From: Craspedostauros australis
Lineage: Eukaryota
Direction: 5' to 3'
DNA: 64,000 nt
NCBI GenBank assembly: GCA_030167865.1
Contig: JALAGF010003778.1
Coordinates: 1-64,000, forward strand
A program made the translations under genes and the position numbers. Numbering within the stretch: the first letter of the stretch is position 1; each line of letters opens with the position of its first letter. Of this stretch, positions 44,199 to 55,330 are shown piece after piece. The notes below the pieces were generated by a model. That model was not told where the DNA came from, did not search any database, and saw nothing but the letters and a program-made list of their open reading frames with translations.

Positions 44199-46771
44199 GG
44201 TTGCGTTGTCTTTGTTGATTCTGGCAAATTTGCTTTTTGTGGCAACTGCGTGTGATGGCGATCCGTGGGTTGGTCGCCTTGCAGAGTCGAGTAATGAAGA
44301 GGAGGCAACGCTCGTCTCACATCGCGCTCGTGCGTCGGCGCAACGATTGTTGATGATGACACCACTGGTACTGTTACGTTGCTGTTGTCACACGCGATGA
44401 TACCATACTCGTACCTCGAGATAGCGATGACGAAATCAACACGGATCGTGATCCTCCCGAGCCTTTCCTTCTTTCTTTCCTTCCTTCCGTCCTTGTCGCA
44501 TTGCCTCATTCCTCTCTGCGCACACACGGCGCGCGATGTGGCTCTTCACGGAAAACGGTGAAGAGAAAACAAAGACATCTTCATGACGTCGCTGCGCGAT
44601 CTCGTTCTTGCAGAATTTCGCTTTCCTCCCACAGGATGGAACCTCTGCAGCCTCCACTGTTCCCACACTCTTCGTGGACTCTCGTACTCTCCGCACACGA
44701 ACAACCACATCAAACCGTGTTCTGCAGATTCCGTCATCAACAAGACCACCATGTTGTGTGTTGAGGTATCCTTTGGGCGAATTTTGGCGCCGCCGTCTCG
44801 TTGAAGATCACAGAAGTCAAGGATCGCGGGCATAAAAGAGACTTTTGCAGTATCTTTCCGAAAAAGGAATGTCGTTGATCTTCGACTCGTTCGAATGAGA
44901 TTGACGAAAACGTGAAGATGTCGACGATGACGATTTCCACTTCCATGGTCCGTCCTCGAACGGCGCCGGTCGTCGCGTTGGGGATCACCATGTTGCATCT
45001 CATGCGCTGCCATTGATGTGTGGGGATGTTGCTTGTGTGTTTTGCGCGATGGTGCCGTTGTTGTTGGCGATCGTGATGGTTTTGTCGCCGGTGATGTTGG
45101 TGGTCGTCAAGAGATCTCGCATCGGCATGTGCCTGCAAAACTGTGCGATGATGGCGCCTTGTCTTTGTTGCATCCATCAACCATCTTGTTTGTTGCGGCC
45201 CCTTCATGCTTCTGCAATGATGGTCATCAGGTGTCATTCTGCGGCTCATCACTTGTCCATGCCGTGTGGTTGACTGTTCACCGCCCGAAATCACCATGTT
45301 CCGACAGCATCATGCTTGCCGGTGGCAGAGTACTGGCATTGTTGTTGTTCGAGTATCATTTTGTGCTCTTCCAACTGTCGTTCACTCAGGCATGGTAATG
45401 TAATGTAATAGATCCGAAGTGATGTGCGTGAGTGATTGTGGGTGTGCGCTTGTGTGATGATCGGCATTTGCATCTGTTGGTTGGTGTGATCGAGAATGCT
45501 GTGACTTCTGTGGGAGATGAGGTGTTTTTGGCTACGCACCAAATTGTGACGACCGAACCTTCGCGATGAGTCAGTGTCAGCGATGAGGTCACTGTCGGAC
45601 ATGCTAGAATTCACATGTCTAGAGAGAGGCAGACGCAGTGGTTGTATCCGCACTTGGCGGCACAACAAGGTCGGCAACACGCCGGTAGAGTAGGATGGCG
45701 ACACAATTCGAGTACGTGCATGCCACAATCGCACACCTGTGAATTCATGTCATGCACGTACGACTATCATAGCTTCTCATTGAGTATAGTGCTCCAACCG
45801 AAACAGGACACTGCAGCGGCATGGCATGGCTGCATCAAGTCCGGAGCTACATGTGCATTGCATTGTATTTTGCATTACATTGTGTTTTGCATTACATTGC
45901 ATTATGGACGCTCACAAATAGGATTCGAGGAGAGTGCTCTCTAATTGCACGAGATTCGCTAAATAGTACTCGAGTGAATAGTGTAGTCATCTCCACTGTG
46001 CCGACACCCATCCAACGTTCTGGCTTTGTTGACGGTTCGTCTGCGCTCGTACGAGTATGAATGGATGAATTGGAGCTGAGGCACTGTTGAATGTATCACT
46101 CCATGAAATTCTTCCATCAGCCATCATTCCATCTCACACCTCGCATCTCATGGGTTCGACCGCATTCGGGCTCGATGAAGAAAGCTCTCGCATAGTCGCA
46201 CCCATGTCCTAACCTTTTCATTCTCTCTGCACTGAAGAAGAACTGCTGCGCGCATCGCAGTTCTTTCCGTTTGATCGCCTGCTCACAGTCTCCAGAGTGA
46301 CGGAATTACTCGGAGTCAATCACCCCGCGAGCTATCGTCCATCCTTTCTTTGATTGGAATTCGCACTGCAGTTCGTTCGTTCGTTCGTTCGTGTCTATGT
46401 TGTGTTTGCTTTCGTACCTGTCATCCTTTGCACGGCATGATGTGATACAGTTTGAAAGCTATGCGTCGCGATAAATGGGTGTTTTTTCCCTTGGAAAGAG
46501 TTGTAACGGAGTGTCATCTTCCTCTAACGCTCAGGCATTTTCATGGAACACAATGCACATCATGGGCATTGTGTGCGCATGCTGCGGAGGTGAGAAGTCT
46601 GGGTTGTGCACTTGCTTTTGTGGCCGGATGCGACATCCATGTCATCCCATCCCGTCGCGTGGCTATCGATTGAATTTGATAGAATGAAATTGAATCGAGT
46701 AGAGCACAGTGCTCTCCTTCAGTCTGCTCTACTCAGACATTCTGTGCCACGCGTTGCCGTGCACCACGGAA

Positions 46772-47071
46772 TCACTCCATCGATGCGCGGAACTTGGGAT
46801 GCGAGATGATGTCGCTGTCCGACGCATCTTCGTCACCTGCAAGGTACTCTGGATTTTCGAAGTAGTGACGACGCGCGTAGCTTGCCAATTCAAAGCCTGT
46901 AATCCATGAAAGACCGCACGAGATGATCATGACGCGTGGGAAGTTGCGTTCGTTGAAGAGCCGTGATCTTCCGATGACTTGCAACACCGTCATCTTGTTC
47001 TGTCGCACGGCGTCTCTCGTTTCGTGGAGAGCGGACATGAACCTCGCTGCTCGGATGATTGTGCTCGACAT
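46772..47071 (-). CDS. Putative 99-aa single-pass mitochondrial membrane microprotein
   Basis: The ATG has a host-type CACCACC-ATG context. N-terminus MSSTIIRAARFMS resembles a mitochondrial presequence. One hydrophobic segment VMIISCGLSWITGFELASY, then RRHYFENPEY and an acidic tail. Confidence 0.55.
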   Translation of the reverse strand: MSSTIIRAARFMSALHETRDAVRQNKMTVLQVIGRSRLFNERNFPRVMIISCGLSWITGFELASYARRHYFENPEYLAGDEDASDSDIISHPKFRASME

Positions 47072-47883
47072 GGTGGTGTGAAGATTTCGGATGTGAGATG
47101 TGAGATAGATGGAAGAAAGGAATGTTCGTTCGATGCTCTGCTGCGAAATGCTACGACGAGTTGTTGAATTGTTGAGTTGCCGAGTTGTGCGCTTTGAAAG
47201 TGGACGATGCAATGGTCCAAACAGAGTGGCGCAGGCGATGAGTGGTTGGCATGACAAGCAACGGAACGCTTTGATGCGCTCGAAGGGAGGGGGCAGAAAA
47301 ATGACGGCACAAAGCCTTGCGTCGGCGAAATTCTGATCGGATGTGGTCTTGATCTTGGTGTCGCAGTGAGGCGTACGTCATCAATGTGGAAGACAATTAC
47401 AATCCTTCGGAACTGACGTCATCACTCAACGACGCAAAAAGACTTCGCCAGCTCTGCGACTCCAGAGAATAGTAGTGCATAACACCTAGCTTCAGTTTCT
47501 CTCGACAGAGATAGGGAGAGAGCCATACTCGTAGCTAGGATGGATTTGTGCTGTTACCATAGAGCGTTAGACCAGCCAAGGATACCATTCTCTGTGCTCG
47601 AAGAGTTGCCATCAAGGGAATGGAGATCAGCCTCGCTCCGGCACTAAACCGAGGCATCTCAGCTGCCCACGTACCAGACGTACGAGCCGCCTCCTCTCTC
47701 ATCCTTTGCTAAACCTCTGCACAGGCAGACTGATAGGTTGTGATCAGTCTCCTTTTCCATCCACAAAGCTGATCGAGTGCAACACATCATACTGTTGTCA
47801 TGCCCATCACCTGCAATGCCTCTCTCCATTCCAATTTCAACAGCAGCAGCAGCAGCAACAGCAACCACAGCCGCAGCATCTTG

Positions 47884-49590
47884 TTATCTCCAAGGCAACA
47901 ACCCCTCCTTCTCCAGCTCGTATTGCATCGATTCCCAGATGTGGGTGTACGCGTCACCAAAGTCGGTCGAAACGACAGGATCCCCGAATCCATACAAGAA
48001 CGCTCCCTGCATATCCTTCATGATGGACCTGAGGTAGTGTCGATCTACGCTCGCAAATGTTCGGCGCAGCTCCTCAAATTGGGATTGCGTAAACTCGGCT
48101 TCCCCAATCTCCGGAAAATCCTGCCACGGAATCTGATCGCGGTACGGCATGTGCGGATGATCGGCGCCCGTGACGTTGAATCCAAAGAGGACCTTGCACG
48201 GCGCATCGCACAGACCTCGCAACCGCGAACCGATGCGCAGCGGGATGCAGCCCGATACCATCGCAGCGGATAAGGACCGCGATGTGGGCGTGTCGCCGCA
48301 CATGATGAGGCAGAATTCGCTCGATCGCATCTTGGCGTTGTACTCGTGCTCCGGCATGGTTGTCAATGGGAAGGCGCTGTTCTTGCGGATGCCAAACAGC
48401 TGCACGTCCATGTCCTTGGCGTGCGTGGCATTGCTGCGTTGAATCAGCGGTGATAGCATGCCGTCGCGGTGGCAACCGGCCCATGCCTTGGCATTGGGAC
48501 GATCGCTGCCGACGTAGAATACGTAGTTTGGGGTTCGGGGAGCCTCCATCGCGTTGGACAGATCCGCCATCGATCGATCCTGCGGTTGGCGCACGACGTA
48601 CGGGATGGGCACGATCTTCTCCTTGGAGATGTACTGCCACTTGGAGTTGCGTTCAAATCCCAACGACCAGATGGCCACCTTGTACGTCGCCATCACGGGC
48701 TGCTTCAGCGTGCGAAGGATGATCGGCAACCCGATGAGCTGCTTGACCTTGGGATTCCATGTCGGCGTGAGAAAGACGTGCGGCGTCGGTGGATACTTGC
48801 GAATGGCGCGGATGGGATGCAGCATGGCGAGCTTGTTGTGCAAGATGCGGGATTTGTAGTAGTTGGCAACGGCCGTATTGTTGCCCAGCGCGTCGGGACG
48901 GTCGCGAATCTTGTTGTGGAAATGCAGGTATCCTGGCACGAGAATGACGTCGGCCTCGCTGGGATCGTCGGTGCGGCCCTGTTCGTGGGTCATGCGGAGA
49001 AAGCCTCGGTGCAACCATATCTCCGCGCTCTCTTCATTCAAGGATCGTTCGTAATACGCCGTGGCGCGCTCGGGGTCGTAGTCGATGAGATCGGTGGTGA
49101 TTTTGGGCATGGGCAGGACGTAGAACTTGTACTTCGGTTTGCCGTTGTTGCTGGTGGCGTACCTTGATTTCATCGGATGCCATATTTTTTGTTTCTGATT
49201 GTGCCCGCTCCCTGAAATTGCATTCAGATTCATAGCTGCGGTTGCGGTTGAATTTGCGAATGAATACAGCTGCGGCTGCTGATGATTGCGGTTGTTCAGT
49301 TGCATCGATGCTTCCATGCTTGTTGTGCGGAACAAAGTCGCACACCATATGAGCGCGCAGAGCGAAACCAACAACCACAATCGGATGCTGTAGAACTGTC
49401 GTATTCGTTCCGAAAGACTGGCATTCTGTGATTGCTGCTGCTGCTGCTGCTTGTGATGACCATGTTGTTGATCATCATGGTGATGGACGTGATGGATATG
49501 ATTTACGTGATGGGCATGCCTCTCCTGTTGCTTCGCACCACCAGCGCTTGCGCGTATTCGAAGCAGGCTTCCGGCCACGCCTGCCTTCAT
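47884..49590 (-). CDS. Exostosin-family (GT47) glycosyltransferase, type II membrane protein
   Basis: N-terminal TM (IRLWLLVSLCALIWCATLF). Motifs KFYVLPMP, RTDDPSEADVILVP, IVPIPY and MRSSEFCLIMCGDTPTSRSLSAAMVSGCIPL, the GT47 C-terminal signature. Confidence 0.88.
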   Translation of the reverse strand: MKAGVAGSLLRIRASAGGAKQQERHAHHVNHIHHVHHHDDQQHGHHKQQQQQQSQNASLSERIRQFYSIRLWLLVSLCALIWCATLFRTTSMEASMQLNNRNHQQPQLYSFANSTATAAMNLNAISGSGHNQKQKIWHPMKSRYATSNNGKPKYKFYVLPMPKITTDLIDYDPERATAYYERSLNEESAEIWLHRGFLRMTHEQGRTDDPSEADVILVPGYLHFHNKIRDRPDALGNNTAVANYYKSRILHNKLAMLHPIRAIRKYPPTPHVFLTPTWNPKVKQLIGLPIILRTLKQPVMATYKVAIWSLGFERNSKWQYISKEKIVPIPYVVRQPQDRSMADLSNAMEAPRTPNYVFYVGSDRPNAKAWAGCHRDGMLSPLIQRSNATHAKDMDVQLFGIRKNSAFPLTTMPEHEYNAKMRSSEFCLIMCGDTPTSRSLSAAMVSGCIPLRIGSRLRGLCDAPCKVLFGFNVTGADHPHMPYRDQIPWQDFPEIGEAEFTQSQFEELRRTFASVDRHYLRSIMKDMQGAFLYGFGDPVVSTDFGDAYTHIWESMQYELEKEGLLPWR

Positions 49591-50106
49591 GCTTCTCGCA
49601 TGAGGTTTGGATCAATCAATGGCGTCCAGCGTGGAAGTGTGCGACTCTTTCTTTCTCTGGTATAATATGATAGAATATGATATGATATGCTTGAGTACAA
49701 TACTGTTCCAGAGACGAGGGCTGCGGTTGTGTTGGGAGGAGGAGGAAGAGGAGTCGGAACCAACAATGATGTCTCGAGTTGTCGTCACGAAAATGGCGCC
49801 AAAGCACATCCAAAAGACCGGACGTTCGCGTTGTTGCTATCGAACGAAAACTGTTGCAACGGACAGACAACATGTTTGCGGACAACCACGACCGAGAAAC
49901 GGAATGACCAAGAAGAACGCGCCGTGGACAAATGCAACCGACATTCTTCCTCCTCATTGTTTGCTTCCTCCCACCGCACTCATAGTCGTACAATACCAAT
50001 AGCTCATACCATACCCACACTCCTCCATCGGTGTTGCCGTCGCTGCCGTCGCAGCACGTTCAGGTTCATCTCTCGAAGAGGGCAGATCAACGCGGAAAGG
50101 AGCATC

Positions 50107-52214
50107 ATGATGAAATCGCCGCCAAGCAGCAAGGGGTCCAACCAACGCATGCCACCGCGGCTGCAGAAACGGCAGATGAAGAAGGCCATCCCGCCCGTGC
50201 TCTTTATCTTCATGGGCTGCATCGCCTTGCTCAACACGATGATCGTTGTGCTGCCATCGTACTATTTGGGCGACCCAGCAGGAGGTTCACAACGGGGGGA
50301 CTTTGCGCAGCATCCGGATGCGCTGGGGACGGCATCGCAGACCAACAATCTTGACACAAAGAGAATAACGAGGCCCTACGGCGTTCATGATGTGGCCGGC
50401 GATAATGTGCTTCTTCAGAAGTTCCAAGAAAGGCTCAAGCTGCAGGAGGCAAACGATCGACCAGCTGCTCAGCAACAGCAACAACAGCATCGACAGAATG
50501 GCGTCAACGTCGAAACCAATGGGAAGCAGCACGGCGGCGACACAGCGAAAGTTACATCAGACCAGCATGGAAATGAAAGAATATCACAATCAAAGCACAT
50601 CGCTGGACCAAATGCCGGCTCCTCCACTGCCGACATCACAACCACCACCGGCGGCAGCAGCAGCAGCAGCGACGTCAAGTACCATGTCATCTTCTCGACA
50701 GGATGCTCCATCTTCCAGGATTGGCAGTCGTACGTCTTCTTCTATCACATCCTGCAATCTGGTCAACTGGGAGACGTGACGCGCATCGTATCGGGCTGCA
50801 AGAAGAAAGAGGAAGTGCAGATTCAGCAGGTCTTTGACGATGAATACGCCGTCATGGCACCGGATCGATTCCATCTGCATCTGACGCCAGATTTCTCAAG
50901 GGTTCATGGCAAGCCCTTCAAGTATTACAACAAACCGTTCGGCGTGCGGCATTGGATGGAGCACGCCCTGGGATATCCCGACAACCATGAGGAGCACGAT
51001 AACACCATCGTCATCTTGCTGGATCCGGATCAGATTCTGTTGCGCCCTTTCACGAATGACTTCTCCAACGCGACCGAGATGTGGCGCAAGAAGCGTATGG
51101 ACAAGGACATTCCGCGGCCCACCAAGGTCGAGCACGGATCGGCATTCACGCAATCCTACGGGTTCAATCTGCAATGGAAGGACAAGGTCAATATCACGAA
51201 GATACTGTTGGAGCTCGGCCGTGATCCAGTCTCTAACCTTGACACAATGTCAAGGAATTATGCTTGGGATTACTTCATGGCGGCTGGTCCGCCCTACATT
51301 GCAACAGGTGAGAGCGTTGATTGTTGGTTGTTGGGCGTGGTGTGCTACGCATGCGTAGAGTACATGCTATTCTCCATGTTGCTCTATGTCACTGCACTCC
51401 ACAATGGCAAGGCATTGTGCTCTTCTCTGTTCTGTATACGAGCACATGGCAGCGTCAACAACACAACACAACACAAATCTGCGTATGTTTGACCTCCAAT
51501 GACTGGCTACTTTTCTTCTGGCACTCATCCAACGCACTCTCCCTTTCAATCCACCACCGCCGCCAACATAACCACTCAACAATCACAGCCAAGGACATGT
51601 ACGCCATCGTGGAGAGCTGGAGCGACTTCGTCCCGTACGTGCACGATCAGTACCCGCATCTGCTGGCAGAGATGTTCGGATACAACATCGCAGCGGCCCA
51701 TCTCGACATCAAGCACACGGTCGCAAACAGCTTCATGGTGTCGGACGTCTTCACCGGCCCCGAGGGATGGGAGCTGGTGCGCAGCGTGCCGCCCGAACAG
51801 CAGTGCGAGGGCTACCCATTCGAGAAGCTTCCGCACGTCATCCACTACTGCCAATCCTACTACATCGGCAAGTGGTTCATCAACAAGTACCGTCTGCGCA
51901 AGGACTTCATCAGCTGCGAGGCTCCCTTGCTGAAGCAGCCGCCGGCCGATGTCGCCGTCCGGTACAACTACGGCCTCAAGCCCGATAGGAAGCGCAAGAA
52001 GTACACCAAGGCCCAGCCGTCCCAGATGGCCTTCATGGCCTGCGGTCTGATCCGCGCCCTGAATCAGGCGGCCGTGTACTACAAGGACCATCACTGCGAT
52101 CCAAAGACCGCCAACTACGAGTACTCCTACGTGTTCCATGACAACATGGAGGATGAGGAATTTGATGATGATGACACGGTGACCAAGAATGTGACAGCAG
52201 ACACCAAGAAGTAA
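50107..52214 (+). CDS. Peptidyl-serine alpha-galactosyltransferase / Hyp O-arabinosyltransferase-like glycosyltransferase (GT96/GT95-like), 2 exons
   Basis: Exons 50107-51307 and 51589-52214 (GT..AG; the junction gives PPYIATAKDM). Type II TM. Motifs HVIFSTGCSIFQDWQS, GDVTRIVSGC, HLTPDFS, YYNKPFGVRHW, DxD motif LLDPDQILLRP, LLAEMFGY and IHYCQSY. 608 aa. Confidence 0.8.
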
Positions 52215-52744
52215 GCTAAAGCACTAACGCAGTATTCACAAAGTACGCGCTCTCCGAGTCATCGCATTAAGCTTGTCCCAAAAATGAATAGCGCTCCTGT
52301 TCGTTTGTCGTGGCTGGGTGGCATTGCCGACGGTAGCAGCGGCTATCTTCACAAGAAGTACGCTTGTTTCTGCGCTCCAACGTTTGTCTACACTAGCCAT
52401 CAGTCTAAAACTGCTTGGTCCAAGTGGTCAACTCCGCCATTTCCGTCCGCGCGTCGACCGTCAGTGAAAAAACGAGCGGCGACAAACAAGGAGACGACAA
52501 CCGATCCTTCCACGATGGCGGCAGATCGTGTGTTGGGACCACGCTACAACCAACGCAAAAATGGAGGCTGCACCGAACTGCAACAAACATCCAACAAGGG
52601 AAGCAACCAACCAACCAAGCAACCAACCAAGCAAGACAACGCAAAGAGGAGCTCTGGAAAGAAAGATCCTTTGGTGGCTTGAAAGAAACAGAAAAACAAA
52701 CCGAGATACAGTCGAAGAGATAGTCGAAGAGACAAAGGGAGACG

Positions 52745-54696
52745 ATGGATAACGACAACGATGCATGCGTCCCGCAAGCGGTGAAGGACTTCGTCTTCGA
52801 TCTGTACGACTCTGTGACTGCGTCGCAGTTCACCGAGGAGCAGATGGGGCACTACAACACTGCCTTCCGCGACTTGAGTGCCAAGGTGCGTGGCAGCACA
52901 GTGGATGGTGGACGCATGGAGCGATGGCGATGGCGATGGAGTGGTTGCAATGGGATGCGTGGTCTTGGCCGATCTGGATGATCAAACTTTGTTTGTCAAC
53001 CGCAGCAGAGGCCTCTCTCTTGGTGGTGGTGCAGTATCATAGTCGTACACACGTCTACGCGCGCACATGTACATGTACATGTACATGTACTTGCACATAC
53101 TCTCTGGAACAAAGCACTCACACCACCCCTTGCTTCACTCGTTGCTTCACTCACTGCTTCACTTTGCTCCATGATGATCATCCCATCAACATGTCAACCT
53201 GTCAACCCTGATGAAATCAACATCAACACCAACAGTACTTTGGAAGCACGCCATGGCCATCACCGCAAGCCATCGTGGCGGAATGCAACGGAGATCCGCT
53301 GTTCCTGGGACTCTACCGCGAAATGACGCACCGCCACTGGCACAGCATCGCCAGACCGGGCCTCCGCGATCATCTCGAGGGATGGGAGGTCTACCGCGAC
53401 CTCTTCGAGGAGATCCTGGATGATGCGGAGGACTTTGCTTTCTCCGAGGGACAGGATCGCTTCTTCATCCTTCCGGAATGGGCATTCGATGTCCTCAACG
53501 AGTTCGTCTACGAGTTCCAGGGCTTCTGCCAGCTGCGCACGGGCCTCCACAACAGCGCATCCAGACACAACCTCCTCAGCGGCACCAACCTCAACGGCGA
53601 GCCTTTGATCAACACCAACCCCTCCGGCAAGGTGCACCCCAACGTCATCGACAGTGTCACGGCGGTCGCCCAGTGCGGCGGCGATGTTTGGTCGGCGGAG
53701 ACCGTCTGCTACTACCTCCACAGGCTCATCACCATCGGCATGTCGCCAAACTGCAAATCCGCGACCTTCCAGTACCTCGGTATCTTCGCCAGCGTCGCTC
53801 TCAGCCGTCTGGAATGCCTCATCGGCGACTACACAGGCAGTTTGGAGGCCATGGCGCCCATCCTTGACACCAACTTGGTTGTCAAGAAGGCCGACATCGA
53901 CACCAAGACAGCGCGCGAGGTCATCGAAGATTGCGTCGCGGCCAGGCTCTCCCTCTCCTACCACGCGGGCGTCAGCTTCCTCATGATGCGCCGGCTCAAG
54001 GATGCGTCCGTCGTGCTCGGCGACAACTGCTCCTTCGTGCAGAGGGCGATGAAGACCGGCCAGCTGCGCAAGCTGCAAGGTTCCGATCAGTTCGTCAAAA
54101 CGTTCGACCGCATGATCGCTCTCCTCGCAATCTGCATGCAGCTCTCCCCGCTCGTCACCGTCGACGAATCCATCCAGAAAGTCATCCGCGAGAAGCACGG
54201 GCAGCAGCTCGGCCAGGGCAAGCTCACCGACCTATTCGCCAACTGCAGTCCCAAATTCATCAACCCTGCCTACCCAGACTTCACCACGCCAAACGGCGGA
54301 CAGGCGGACAACGCCCCCAAGTCGCAAATCAGACTCTTCGAGCAGAACATCCTCACGCGCTACCCCTCCATGTCCAAGCTCCGCTCCTACCTCAAACTCT
54401 ACACCTCCATCGCCATCTCCAAGCTCGAGTCCTTCGAGAATGACGCCAAGAATCTCCTGGCCTTGAAATTGTACATGCGGCAGCTGGAGAGCTCCGATTC
54501 CTACCCCTCCCTGGCCAACAACACCTACAGGTCCGCCCTGGACATCCACTACTACATCGAGGGCGACGTCGTGCAAGTGGACGAGGCGGAGAAGCAGCGA
54601 CGGTTCGAGAACTACTTCTTCGGACAGATCGCGCAATCGATGGCGATCCACAAGGACGCCTCCGCCATATCGACCAAGGTGGGATCGGATCCATGA
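52745..54696 (+). CDS. EIF3L: Eukaryotic translation initiation factor 3 subunit L, 2 exons
   Basis: Exons 52745-52885 and 53236-54696 (GT..AG). Motifs WPSPQAI, LYREMTHRH, W.FDVLNEFVYEFQGFCQ, LSRLECLIGDY, CSPKFI, LRSYLKLYTSI and DIHYYIEGDVVQV. 533 aa. Confidence 0.93.
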
Positions 54697-55330
54697 ATTG
54701 GCCAATCAAGAACAAGTAAAAAGAAAGTGAAACGCAAGCAGCAGCATGGAGTATAGCGCATACACTTGTAGACTACTCTAATGAGGTAAAAGCACAGCAC
54801 AGCACGGCACGGCACAGCACATATTTGTACGCATCCACATTGCTCTGCTGAAGACGCATGGAATGTGGTTGGGAGATTGCTGCAAGAGTTGGTCACATTT
54901 CTTGGTCCGTACAGAGAATGAACTGTGTCCAAGCCACTCGTATAGTAGATCATTGCGGCGGGCCTCTACGAGCATGGGTGGCTATCACGTGGTTTCCGTC
55001 TGCTCGTGAAGCCATTCAATCGCATCTTCAAGGACAGCACTCTACTCCAACTGAATGATGCACTTGTACTCGTACGTATGGAGCTACTTCATTTGTTGAG
55101 TTACACAATATCATGCATTATAGAAACCTAGTAGGTCCGAGGATGCCACCTCAGCCTTCATCGTTCGACGAGTATGGCGCAGTCAGTCAGTGTTGCGAAT
55201 CCGCGTTGATTCATGCTGTGCGTCGATCAGTACTTGAGTGGGCGTCCTCGGAGTATGGCAGAGCCTTCCGTATTGTCAAATCACTTGATTGGTTCGTTGG
55301 ATGGTTGATCGGTGCAGAAGTGCCCAATCT

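Noticed and set aside
46154..46165. GGTTCGA resembling a tRNA T-loop
   Set aside because: No T-stem, acceptor stem or cloverleaf pairing can be built around it.
49687..50106. N-terminal extension of the 601-aa ORF in the track
   Set aside because: It begins at a non-ATG codon. The ATG at 50107 precedes a typical type II membrane anchor, so the extension is probably UTR or promoter.
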